Positions 10,398 to 19,549 of a DNA stretch of 25,854 bases are shown here, piece by piece; within the stretch, counting starts at the first letter, position 1, and each line of letters begins with the position of its first letter. Below the pieces are notes generated by a model, which had not been told where the DNA came from, ran no database searches, and was given only the letters and a program-made list of their open reading frames with translations. Source of the DNA: Armatimonadia bacterium (GTDB lineage Bacteria; Armatimonadota; Zipacnadia; Zipacnadales; UBA11051); assembly GCA_039683575.1 (NCBI GenBank), contig JBDKRC010000169.1, positions 1 to 25,854 on the forward strand, given 5' to 3'. The position numbers and the translations under genes were made by a program.

Positions 10398-11444
10398 ATG
10401 ACAAGCAGAGCATTGATCGTGTGGGCGGCGGTACTGCTGGCCGTGGGGGCACAGGCTGCCGACGACTTTGCGATCAGGGTCTATCCCGTCCCAAAGGCGG
10501 AGGGCAAGCTGACGCTCGACGGGGAACTCGCGGAGGCGGCGTGGCAGGCGGCGCCGCTGGTCTCGGGGTTCACGGGCTATGAAGATAACAAATTAGGAGA
10601 GGTGCAGACGGGATTTCGGCTGCTCTACGACGAGCAGTACCTGTACTTCGGGATTCATTGCGATGAGCCCAACATGGCAAGACTGCAGCCCTTGCGCGTG
10701 CCGCGCGATGAGCATGGCATCTTCCGCACTGAGATGATAGAGCTGTTCCTTGACCCGGGGCATTCGCACGATCTGTACTACCAGTTGGCGTTCAACGTCA
10801 CTGGCAGCCTCTATGATGGTGAACGCGAGAACGTCCAATGGAACAGCGAGGCCGTCGTGGCTACTCATCTGGGGAAAGACTTCTGGTCGGTGGAGCTGGC
10901 CATGCCTTGGAGCAGGCTCGGTGGGGCAGCAACCGCTGGGCGGATGTTGGGGTTCAATGTGAACCGCACCCGGCACCTGGGGACGGGGAGTGAGTACATG
11001 ACCTGGACGCAGGTGCAGGGAGCTTTCCATGACCCCATACGTTTCGCCCACCTGGTGCTGTCGGGGACGCCGGCGATGATCGGGAAGCTTGGCGCGGAAC
11101 TGCGCAAGGGTGACCGCAGCGGGCCAATTCAGGTATACAGCGCCGAAGGCTTTTCGCAGCAATCCTACAGTCAACTGGCCGCCGCGGCGCTTGCTGACCT
11201 CGACGGGCTGGTCAACGGGCTCGCGACCGTGGCGGCGCAGGAGAAGAGCGCTGCGGCGGCGACGGAACTGGGCCGGCGCGTGGCTGAGCACCGGGCGCAG
11301 GTGGGGCAGTTCCGCAAGCGGGCGGAGGGGAAGCTGGACGGAGCGGCCTGGAGCCGCCTGGAGGTGGAGATGCAGAAGATGAAGGTGCTGCTGAGCACAG
11401 TCGTCTGGGACGCGCGGCTCAGCGCCTTGCTCAGTGGTTTCTGA
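10398..11444 (+). CDS. Secreted CBM9-like sugar-binding protein with C-terminal helical domain
   Basis: Starts 1 nt after the upstream stop (TAGCATG). Signal peptide AQA-A. Motifs LDGELAEAAW, LLYDEQYLYF, IELFLDP, WSVELAMPW and GFNVNR. Confidence 0.8.
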   Translation: MTSRALIVWAAVLLAVGAQAADDFAIRVYPVPKAEGKLTLDGELAEAAWQAAPLVSGFTGYEDNKLGEVQTGFRLLYDEQYLYFGIHCDEPNMARLQPLRVPRDEHGIFRTEMIELFLDPGHSHDLYYQLAFNVTGSLYDGERENVQWNSEAVVATHLGKDFWSVELAMPWSRLGGAATAGRMLGFNVNRTRHLGTGSEYMTWTQVQGAFHDPIRFAHLVLSGTPAMIGKLGAELRKGDRSGPIQVYSAEGFSQQSYSQLAAAALADLDGLVNGLATVAAQEKSAAAATELGRRVAEHRAQVGQFRKRAEGKLDGAAWSRLEVEMQKMKVLLSTVVWDARLSALLSGF

Positions 11445-11526
11445 ACGCAAGTCCGAACAACTGTCGTGTGGAAGGCCGCGATAGACTTAGCTGATAGGCG
11501 TGCACTAACAGCAGGAGGGAAATGTC

Positions 11527-12123
11527 ATGCGCAGGGGTTTCACACTTATCGAACTGTTGGTGGTCATCGCGATCATCGCCATTCTGGCGGCGATCCTCTT
11601 CCCGGTCTTTGCCAAGGCCCGCGAGAAGGCCCGGCAAAGCAGTTGTCTGAGCAACTGCAAGCAGATCGGGCTCGGGTTCCTGGCCTATAGTCAGGATTAC
11701 GACGAGAGGATTGCGGGCTGCTACATCGGGGCGTGGCGAGGATCGTTTTGGAGCGCCACCAACCCCAATGGCAATCTGCGGTGGTTCCAGGTCATTGATC
11801 CATATATCAAGAACAGCCAGATATGGATCTGTCCGTCCCGTTCTAACCTTGCGCTGGGATATGGCGTTAACCGCATTGTGGCGCCGGAGGACGTCAACCC
11901 CAAGTCCCTGGGCCAGTTCGACGCGCCCGCCAACATCATTGTGGTTGGGGAAGGGCCTAACACGGCGGCCTGCATGCATCCGCGGCACTGCGCGACGTAC
12001 CCATGCTGCATGGTTGTGGACCCGCACAACGAGGGCGGCAACTACGTGTTTCTCGACGGCCACGCCAAATGGATGAAGTCGGAGAGCACGAAGGGCCTGT
12101 GGGGTGGCTGCCACGGCTGGTAG
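11527..12123 (+). CDS. Prepilin-type N-terminal cleavage/methylation, DUF1559-like, H-X9-DG protein
   Basis: GGAGG RBS. Class III signal [27 protein letters not shown]-terminal [16 protein letters not shown] gives H-X9-DG. Confidence 0.92.
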   Translation: MRRGFTLIELLVVIAIIAILAAILFPVFAKAREKARQSSCLSNCKQIGLGFLAYSQDYDERIAGCYIGAWRGSFWSATNPNGNLRWFQVIDPYIKNSQIWICPSRSNLALGYGVNRIVAPEDVNPKSLGQFDAPANIIVVGEGPNTAACMHPRHCATYPCCMVVDPHNEGGNYVFLDGHAKWMKSESTKGLWGGCHGW

Positions 12124-12155
12124 CGCGGGGGAGACGGCAGAAGAAGGGACAGAAC

Positions 12156-13346
12156 ATGAAACGGCACTGGCTGATAGCTGCGGCGGTTATGATGGGGCTT
12201 GTGGCGTCGCCCCTGTGGGCGCAGACGGCCCCTGCGAAGGTGCAGGTATGGGATCGTGGGGCCACCACTTCCATCGCAGGGCCGGGTGCGCCCGCGCATG
12301 TTGTGGGCCTGCCGCGGACGATGCATGACATTTCGCTCAATACCGGCGTGAAGACCTATGGGCTGCGTTATGTGGTCAGCACAAACCCGAAGGAGCCGGG
12401 GCGGGCGATACCCGGCGAGGGTTACATCGGCATGCCACAGCCCACGGACGCCAACTGGTATGGCGGAGGGTTCTTTGACCTGAAGCTTAACGGGAAGTCG
12501 ATCGGCCCCACACTGGTCAAGGTCTTCAGCGGCCGCGCGGTCAGCGATCGCGGGTATGTGGATTACGTATTCGATGACCCGCAGGCGGTGGTGCGGTTGC
12601 GGTTCGTGGCCCTGGCGGGAGGGGATTGTCTGTACGCGCAGTTGCTGCTGGAACCGAAGGTGGAGGTCAAGCAGGCGAGCGTGTCGCTCCGCTGTTATCC
12701 GTCGGGCTTTGTGAGCCGCAGTAACGGGTCAGAGCGGCATGTGTTGACCCCGGCGCGAGACTTGAGAGCGGGCGCGGGGGGGGCGCTGGACGTGAGCACG
12801 GAGTACTGGCTGAACTACTATGACGCGGTCTACGATCAGGGAGCGATTACGCCCGCAGCGACCGGGCTGGGCTCGTGCGCGGCACTCTGGGTGCCCAGTC
12901 AGATCAGCGAAGGTGCAGTCAGCGTGGGCGACTATGCGGTGGAGACGACGCTGCAACTCAAGCCTGTGCTGCGTGACTTCCGGTTCATCTTCTTTGATCA
13001 TGCAGGGACGCCTAATGCGGCGGCCCAGGCTGCCCTGCGGGCAGGGGCGCCGCAGTTGCTGGCGCAGTTGGCGACGATGGTGTTTGCGGACAGTTCCGTG
13101 ACCGAGTGGCCGCTGACGGAGAAGCTAACGGAGACGCGACGGCTGCTGGCGGCATTGCCGGGGGATGAGGCCCAGGCGGCGCGGTACAGTGAGTGGCAGC
13201 GGGAGCTAGAGACGCAACTGCCGCTGGTCAAGCGAAGTGGGGGACAGGGGGCGATCATGGCAGAGGCGGCAGCGCTGAAGACCGTCACGGAATGGGACAA
13301 GAGCCTGCCGGAACTGCGGTTGCAGGCGCTATTGGGGACGTTCTGA
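12156..13346 (+). CDS. Secreted hypothetical protein (predicted beta-rich domain plus C-terminal helical tail)
   Basis: ATG 12156 follows AAGGGA, and signal peptide MKRHWLIAAAVMMGLVASPLWA-Q. The track start at 12003 overlaps the pilin gene and is unlikely. No family recognised. Confidence 0.8.
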   Translation: MKRHWLIAAAVMMGLVASPLWAQTAPAKVQVWDRGATTSIAGPGAPAHVVGLPRTMHDISLNTGVKTYGLRYVVSTNPKEPGRAIPGEGYIGMPQPTDANWYGGGFFDLKLNGKSIGPTLVKVFSGRAVSDRGYVDYVFDDPQAVVRLRFVALAGGDCLYAQLLLEPKVEVKQASVSLRCYPSGFVSRSNGSERHVLTPARDLRAGAGGALDVSTEYWLNYYDAVYDQGAITPAATGLGSCAALWVPSQISEGAVSVGDYAVETTLQLKPVLRDFRFIFFDHAGTPNAAAQAALRAGAPQLLAQLATMVFADSSVTEWPLTEKLTETRRLLAALPGDEAQAARYSEWQRELETQLPLVKRSGGQGAIMAEAAALKTVTEWDKSLPELRLQALLGTF

Positions 13347-13393
13347 GCCGTTAGGCAGTGCTTTCTACTGTCCGCCACGCTGCGGAGGTCACC

Positions 13394-16300
13394 TCAGCGG
13401 GCCGCGGGCCTCACCCAGACCACCGCGAAGTCAAGCGACTTCATTTCCGGCAGGTCCAGCTTGCCGTCGGCGATGTCCACGCGCCTGCTTGTCATCACTT
13501 CCTGCGCGACGAGCGCCTGCGCCAGTCTGAGCGCGGCCAGGTCAAGCTTCACCTGCGGCTGCCTTGGCGTTCGACCGAGGTTCGAGATGATGGCGATGGC
13601 GCCGAGCCCAGGGCGGTTGTAGAGGCTGACCTTTACGTCCGGTGAGCCCGTCGTCACGTATCGTTGGTTCTCCCAGTACGGCAGCCAGATCGCCTCGTGC
13701 TTGCCGAACTGGTCGAAGGTCTTCCACAGCTTGCCGAGGGTGCCGAGGTCGCCACGAATCGGCACGTCATGCAGCAGTGTGAAGGCGAAGGCCTCCTTGG
13801 CAGTATAGGCTTTGCCGGTGCACAGGAACTCGGCCGGGACTCCCCAGTTGTGACCCATGAACTCGGCTCGGAAGGCATCGAGTGGCAGCACATCCAGCGC
13901 GAACCGACCGCGATCAGTCCCCTGGAACTGCTCCCCGTCCCAGTAGCTGTTCGCGAACGAAAGGGTCGGGATGGTCATGCAGGTTGACTGGTGGACATTG
14001 ACGAGGCCCTTGGGGTTGTGGCGCAGGACAATCGTCTGGATGCGCTTCATGGCGCGGCGCACAGCGAAGATTGGGTACGTGGGGCCGATGGTGCCATCGG
14101 GGCGCACATAGCCACAGCCGTGGTGAGTGTTGGTGCAGGCAAACGGCTCCGAAGTGCCGTCCAGATACACTCCATCGTTTCCGTATTCCGTTAGTTGCTT
14201 GTCCAGGCCATCGAGCAGGAAGCTCTGCCACGGGCTGTTCAGGCAGACCATGTAGTCCCACTGCTCGGGCGAACGGTGGTAGTCTCCCGTGCGCGGCGCG
14301 ACCAGGCACTCGTCATGGTAGTTGTCCCACTCTGGCGCGGTGTTCGCCATCAGGTAGCCGTAATACAATAGCAACTGCAGTTTGGCTTCATGGCAGGCCT
14401 TCACTAGGCTGTGCAGCTGTTCTCCGTGGGTGGTAGTCGGGTAGTTCTGCAGGTCTGTCCAGTGTTCGTGGAATACCACGTTGCGCACGCCGGTCTCGCG
14501 CAGGTAGTCGAGGTAGGTCATCGCCCGCGCGGACGCCGGGGCCAGCAGTGCCTGACCGAACTTGCCGGGGCCGAAGACGCCCCCACTGGGGACGCCCCCG
14601 CTGCCCTTGACTGGATGCGTGGCAAGGCCGCCGTTGGGGGTGAAGGTGTCGGTGAACCGGTCCAGCAGCAGCGTCTGCTCATCCGCAACGGGTGGCCGGG
14701 TCAGATCGAAGCTGGCACGGGCCACTGAAGAGAGGCGTAGTTCGGCAAAGTCCATCTCTGAGGGCGCGTCACCCAGGGAGATGAAGCCCTTCTCCGTGCT
14801 GCCTGCTACCAATCCCTGCCTTGGCTTCTCGGCGACCAGCTTTCCATCCATGTACAAGCGGATGGCCTCTCCCCAGGTAAAGGCCAGATGGTGCCACTCG
14901 TCCTGCTGCCACTCGGTGCGGTGATCGTCCATCCAGTCGATTTTTCCGCCCTGGCGGGTGAAGAAGCGCATGCCGCGGGCGTCGATGTTCCAGTAATAGT
15001 AGACCTGGTCGCCATTGCCCAGATCAATATTCAGGAAGTTGCGGTTGAGCATCCCGCGCGAGGGGACGTCCGCGCCTGCCTGGGCGTTGGGGTCGAAATG
15101 CGGCCTCACCCAGCACTCGAAAGAGCCCTGCTTGAGGTCGAGATTGCCCTGCGCCGGGTAGAGGATGCTAGTGTTGGGGTGGTACGGGTACTTCTCCATG
15201 CCGTAATTGCCGGCGTGCACATACCGGTAGTCCCACACATCCGGCTGCATCGGCTTGACTGGGGTGGCCATGAAGCCGAAGGTGTAGTCCAGTGGCGCCT
15301 TGACCTCGGTGGGCTGCCCAATGAGGCTAATGCGCAGCCGGACGACCTTGCCATCGGGGGTAATGCTGACCACTTTGGCCGCGTCAGGGTTGAAGAAGTT
15401 GCGGTCGGATTCGGCGAACCAACAGAAGCCACGCCACTCGTCCCCCAGCCAGTACGTCGGCTTGAACGGCCCCTGAAAGCCGTTCGCAGGCAGAGCGGAG
15501 GCGTTGTAGGCGCTGCCCCACCCGCCCGGCCAGAAGTACATGTACTTCGCGTACTCGGCCTTGATCGGGACCTCCAACGACAGCGAGTCCACCTGTGTCG
15601 CGCCCCGCGGCTTCAGTCGGAAATCCGTGCGGATCATGCCGTCATACTCGACGCTCACCTTACCCTCGCAGGACAGCCCGCCTGCCTGCGCCGCACAGTC
15701 GAACGTGGACAGGGACGCCTTGTTGGCGGTGCAGCGGGCGGGCTTCCCGGTCCAGATTAGGGCCTTTCCGCCGACGCGGCCCGTCAGCGTCACTGGCCCC
15801 GCCAGTACCTCAGTCCCGCGAGTGACCACCGACGCGGGGAAGGGGAGCGGCCCGAAGCTGTACGTGCGGCCCCACGGCGACACCTTGCTGCCAGCGGCCT
15901 TCAGGGCAGTCCATGGCGGCAGGACCTCGTCAGTGACGCCCGCTGAACTGTCGAGCCACGTCGGACGGACCGGCTTATCGAGCGCAACGATGCTGCTGGC
16001 CAGGGCCACGCCCGCCTTGTCGAGGGTATCGGTGCGCAGCGTGTACTTCCCCGGCACCAGCTTCGTGGTCGAGAGCGTTACCGCGCCGCGGCCGTCCGCG
16101 CCCACGGGCACCTCCGCCGCGCCAATCTGACTGCCCTGTGCGTCGAGTAAGGCTAACTTCACCTGCGCCGTCTGCAAACGCGACGCGTCCACCTTCACCA
16201 CCAACTGCCCCTGGATCCAGTACTTCTCCACCTCAACTTGCAGTGGCGGCAGGATCTCAACCGTGGCCCGCTGTGCGAGAAGGAGGGGCGTGCCCGTCAT

Positions 16301-17203
16301 TCCGGTGACTTCCGCCCGCAACTGGTACTCGCCGGGCCGCTGCCGCCCCTCGGCTATCGGTATGGCCACAGTAAGGTCAGCGTCTGGGCCGAGAACCCCA
16401 GATGCTTCGCCCACTTGCCGTGCCCCCGGCATTTCGCTGAGGACGACTCGTCCCTTGACCTGGCCATTTGAGTGGCCGGAGAACTCCAGTCTGCCCTCCG
16501 GCAGCACGCGCGGGCCCGCGAGTTGGAAACCGGGTGCCTTCGCGGAGAAGACCAGTTCGCCGAAGCTGGCGGACTGATGTAGGTTGCCCACGATCGGCGC
16601 CCACGTGGCCAGGAAGCTGCTTGGCGTTTTGCAGTCCCAGGCGAAGTTCGCACGCCACGTTTGGCCATCCGCCGCGGTCGCTTTGAGCGTGGACAGCGGG
16701 ATGGCCATCTCCAGCGACCAGAAGCCTTGTCCGACAAACGTCGCCGAACTCCACTCGCCGTTCCAGCCGGCGTTCTGGCGCTCGCCATCGTATCGGGCAT
16801 TGGCGGCGTTGACGATGAACTGGTGATAGACGCTCGCGTCGCCGCCGCTGGCCAGGAAGACCTCCAGCGCGTCATCCTGCCACAACGCCCCGTCGCGGTC
16901 TTTCACAAGCCTCGCCGGGGCCTTCCCCTCGGGCAGCGGGAACCGGGCGCCCACGAGAAAGCTCTGTCCATCGCAGGCCAGGTAGATGACGGGTTGCTCC
17001 GGCACGAGCTTGCCCTTGACCGTGAACATGCCGAGGCCAACAGCCTGGTCCCATTCACCAGGCGCCAGCTTGCCGTCAATGACGGGCGCCTGTCGCATGA
17101 GGGGCACTGTTGCCAGCGGCACCACCTGGGCGGGCACGGCATAGGCCAGGGGCACCAGGACAACAACCAACAGCAAACAAGCGGGGCACAGGCGGTTGCG
17201 CAT
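13394..17203 (-). CDS. Secreted multidomain putative glycoside hydrolase: CBM9-like, Ig-like and DUF6067-like, with inserted LamG-like domain
   Basis: GGAGG precedes ATG 17203; signal peptide AYA-V. CBM9 motifs IDGKL, DDALEVFL and WSLEMAIP. DUF6067-like VLPPWT, VEYDGM, FGFMATPVKP, DGVYLDG and SYWDGE. LamG-like FECWVRP and WHHLAFTW...LYMDGKLV. Confidence 0.78.
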   Translation of the reverse strand: MRNRLCPACLLLVVVLVPLAYAVPAQVVPLATVPLMRQAPVIDGKLAPGEWDQAVGLGMFTVKGKLVPEQPVIYLACDGQSFLVGARFPLPEGKAPARLVKDRDGALWQDDALEVFLASGGDASVYHQFIVNAANARYDGERQNAGWNGEWSSATFVGQGFWSLEMAIPLSTLKATAADGQTWRANFAWDCKTPSSFLATWAPIVGNLHQSASFGELVFSAKAPGFQLAGPRVLPEGRLEFSGHSNGQVKGRVVLSEMPGARQVGEASGVLGPDADLTVAIPIAEGRQRPGEYQLRAEVTGMTGTPLLLAQRATVEILPPLQVEVEKYWIQGQLVVKVDASRLQTAQVKLALLDAQGSQIGAAEVPVGADGRGAVTLSTTKLVPGKYTLRTDTLDKAGVALASSIVALDKPVRPTWLDSSAGVTDEVLPPWTALKAAGSKVSPWGRTYSFGPLPFPASVVTRGTEVLAGPVTLTGRVGGKALIWTGKPARCTANKASLSTFDCAAQAGGLSCEGKVSVEYDGMIRTDFRLKPRGATQVDSLSLEVPIKAEYAKYMYFWPGGWGSAYNASALPANGFQGPFKPTYWLGDEWRGFCWFAESDRNFFNPDAAKVVSITPDGKVVRLRISLIGQPTEVKAPLDYTFGFMATPVKPMQPDVWDYRYVHAGNYGMEKYPYHPNTSILYPAQGNLDLKQGSFECWVRPHFDPNAQAGADVPSRGMLNRNFLNIDLGNGDQVYYYWNIDARGMRFFTRQGGKIDWMDDHRTEWQQDEWHHLAFTWGEAIRLYMDGKLVAEKPRQGLVAGSTEKGFISLGDAPSEMDFAELRLSSVARASFDLTRPPVADEQTLLLDRFTDTFTPNGGLATHPVKGSGGVPSGGVFGPGKFGQALLAPASARAMTYLDYLRETGVRNVVFHEHWTDLQNYPTTTHGEQLHSLVKACHEAKLQLLLYYGYLMANTAPEWDNYHDECLVAPRTGDYHRSPEQWDYMVCLNSPWQSFLLDGLDKQLTEYGNDGVYLDGTSEPFACTNTHHGCGYVRPDGTIGPTYPIFAVRRAMKRIQTIVLRHNPKGLVNVHQSTCMTIPTLSFANSYWDGEQFQGTDRGRFALDVLPLDAFRAEFMGHNWGVPAEFLCTGKAYTAKEAFAFTLLHDVPIRGDLGTLGKLWKTFDQFGKHEAIWLPYWENQRYVTTGSPDVKVSLYNRPGLGAIAIISNLGRTPRQPQVKLDLAALRLAQALVAQEVMTSRRVDIADGKLDLPEMKSLDFAVVWVRPAAR

Positions 17204-17331
17204 AATGGCCTCCAAGCGGCAAATGGCTCAACCCAGGTGGGGATCAATAGTAGCGGCTGTCGTGGCCGCGCCGGACCATCCGAAGAGGAGCAAGCTCTTC
17301 AGCCCGCAGTCGCGGACCTTACGGTGTCATC

Positions 17332-18162
17332 TCACTGGAACATGAACGGGAAGTATACCGGCCAGTCTTCCTCCCGCAGGTCTCGGCCGTACTGGGAGAT
17401 CATGATCGACTCGGCGCAGCGTACCTGGCTTCCGCGCTCCTGGCCGTAGCACTTCACCAGGGCCTCCCGGCAGGCGTCGGCCACTCCCTCGTAGCGTGCG
17501 CGCAGGCGCTGGGAGAGATGGGCTCGCCGGCCCGCATCGTCCTGGGGATAGCTGTCGAAGGCACCGGTCTCGTAGACCAGCCACTCATGGACCTGCGAGA
17601 CATGGCAATCGAGCATGTCGATCTTGCGTTCCATGACTGCATCAATGTCGATGGCCACTGTCGCGCGATAGGGCGTCGGGTCGGTGAAGGCATCGAACAG
17701 ATAGCCCACCACCGGCGCCCGCTGCAGAGGAGGTGTGAGCGGACAGACATTGGGCACCGTGACGGTGTAGGCCGCATCCTGCACCAGCACCCCGACGGCG
17801 CGGTGGTCTTGATGGTAGTCGTTGGCACGGTGGCACAGAACCAGATCGGCCTGGGCCTCGCGCATGATCTGGATCACGAGCCTGCGGTTTGGTACCGACA
17901 CCTCCAGCTCGCAATCGTGGATGTCCACAATATCATACCGGACGTCGGCGACACGCGCCGCAGCCTGTGCCTCAGCATATCGCCGCCGCGCCAGCGGGCC
18001 GCCTCCTTCGCAGTAGTGGCCGCCGTCGCCGTTGCACATCGAGACAAAGCGGACCTCGTGTCCCAGCGCGCGGTAGAGCATCGCCGCCCCACCAAAACGG
18101 AAATCACAATCATCGGGGTGCGCGCCAAAGACCAGGATGCTGAGCTTGCCGTCATCTGTCAT
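17332..18162 (-). CDS. PIG-L/LmbE family N-acetyl-sugar deacetylase
   Basis: GAHPDD and HQDH metal-binding motifs, RRYAEAQAAA, KIDMLDCHVSQ. GGAGGAG RBS. No signal peptide. Confidence 0.9.
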   Translation of the reverse strand: MTDDGKLSILVFGAHPDDCDFRFGGAAMLYRALGHEVRFVSMCNGDGGHYCEGGGPLARRRYAEAQAAARVADVRYDIVDIHDCELEVSVPNRRLVIQIMREAQADLVLCHRANDYHQDHRAVGVLVQDAAYTVTVPNVCPLTPPLQRAPVVGYLFDAFTDPTPYRATVAIDIDAVMERKIDMLDCHVSQVHEWLVYETGAFDSYPQDDAGRRAHLSQRLRARYEGVADACREALVKCYGQERGSQVRCAESIMISQYGRDLREEDWPVYFPFMFQ

Positions 18163-18377
18163 CAGGGGTTACTCCTCCGCGTAGAGGCTGTTGGTAGCCT
18201 GCAGGGACTGAGAAGCCCCTCAGGCCGCAGTTACCGGGTCTCTCACCCGCACAATCACTTCGTCGTCCAGCCCAGTCGTCCTCCCCGCACGTTGTGGCAT
18301 TTGCTTCTCCGTAGCCAAGCTCCCGCACGCTGAATCGTAGGGCCCGCAGGGCAGGTGCGGCGGCATCCCCAGGGGAA

Positions 18378-18393
18378 GTGGACCACTGTCCAC
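18378..18393. promoter_or_regulatory. Candidate operator palindrome in divergent promoter region
   Basis: GTGGAC-cact-GTCCAC, directly followed by CATACT (-10-like, 18394-18399) and preceded by the palindrome TCCCCAGGGGA (18366-18376). Confidence 0.35.
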
Positions 18394-18443
18394 CATACTC
18401 TACATACGTTTCTGCCACCCACCCAGGAAGAAGGCCTCACTCC

Positions 18444-19262
18444 ATGCAACACAAACGTCCGCTCGGCGTCAGTACGTCACTATTTCGCAGCACCCTGGGC
18501 CCCGATTCGGAGCTGGAAGGCATCCGCGCGCTGCAGGGGACACCCATCAGCCACATCGAGTATTTCTGCGACGATGGCACCCGTAACCACACCAATCATC
18601 AGCATATCGCCGCGGTGAAGCAGGCCGCCGCCGACTGTGGCGTCACCATCTGGAGCTGCCACGCGCCGTTCGGCACCACGGATATCTCCGACGCCGATGA
18701 GCGCGTGCGGCTCAATTCGGTGCAGAGCGTCATCGAAACGTTGGACGCAGCAGTGGAACTGTCGGCGGGGAGAGTGGTCCTGCACGGCAGCCGCGAGCCG
18801 ATCGCCGACGAGGAGCGCCAGCACCGCCTGGGGCAGTGCCTTCGCAGCCTCGACGCGCTGTGCAAGCAGGCTTCACAGCGCGGCCTCGCGTTGGCTCTGG
18901 AACTCCTGCCCCGCACGTGCCTTGGCAACCGCAGCGCTGAGATGCAGAGGATCCTGGACACCACGGACGGCGACCTGCGAGTGTGCTTCGATGTGAACCA
19001 CATCACGCTGTACGAGGGCGCCCGCGAGGCCTTGAATGCTCTGGGAGGCCGCATCGAGACTCTGCACATCTCCGACCACGACGGGGTGGACGAGCGCCAC
19101 TGGATCCCGGGCAGGGGGATTGTGGATTGGCCTGATTTCGTGACGGGCCTTGGTGAAATTGGCTACAAAGGCTGTCTGATGCACGAAGCGCGAGACGCAG
19201 AGTTGGACCTCGCGGGGAATCTGGAGGCGATTTGGGAGGCGGCAGCTAGGCACCTGGCGTGA
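18444..19262 (+). CDS. Sugar phosphate isomerase/epimerase (xylose-isomerase-like TIM barrel, AP_endonuc_2)
   Basis: SCHAPF, VVLHG, LALELLP, VCFDVNH, TLHISDHDG..ERHWIPGRGIVDW and GYKGCLMHE. The likely start is ATG 18444. Confidence 0.88.
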   Translation: MQHKRPLGVSTSLFRSTLGPDSELEGIRALQGTPISHIEYFCDDGTRNHTNHQHIAAVKQAAADCGVTIWSCHAPFGTTDISDADERVRLNSVQSVIETLDAAVELSAGRVVLHGSREPIADEERQHRLGQCLRSLDALCKQASQRGLALALELLPRTCLGNRSAEMQRILDTTDGDLRVCFDVNHITLYEGAREALNALGGRIETLHISDHDGVDERHWIPGRGIVDWPDFVTGLGEIGYKGCLMHEARDAELDLAGNLEAIWEAAARHLA

Positions 19263-19264
19263 TC

Positions 19265-19412
19265 ATGGACAACTTGGCTACCCTCCGGCACCCCGAGGTC
19301 CCTCTGCCGGCCATCGAGGACCTGCCGCTTCCCGATCCCATCAGCCATATCATGCTGCATCGTGGAGGCTCTGACTTCGCCTTTCTGCACGAGAGCTGCA
19401 TCGTGCGCCACG
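19265..19412 (+). pseudogene. 5' fragment of a gene, possibly a sialidase-like/BNR beta-propeller protein
   Basis: Coupled to the isomerase stop (GTGATCATG). About 50 protein-like codons end in DFAFLHESCIVRH, which recalls the FLH[EG]xxI start of exo-alpha-sialidase-like proteins. The sequence then loses coding character. Confidence 0.4.
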
Positions 19413-19549
19413 CCCGTACTGCAGGTTGCGCAATTGCCAGTAGCTGCTTCTGGCCCCAGCAACTCCCCGCACGTGCCGCGTTCCACCGTTTCAGAGCGTC
19501 AGGTCAATACTTGAACAAGTTGCCAGCATCATCGCGGCAGTCGCCGCCC

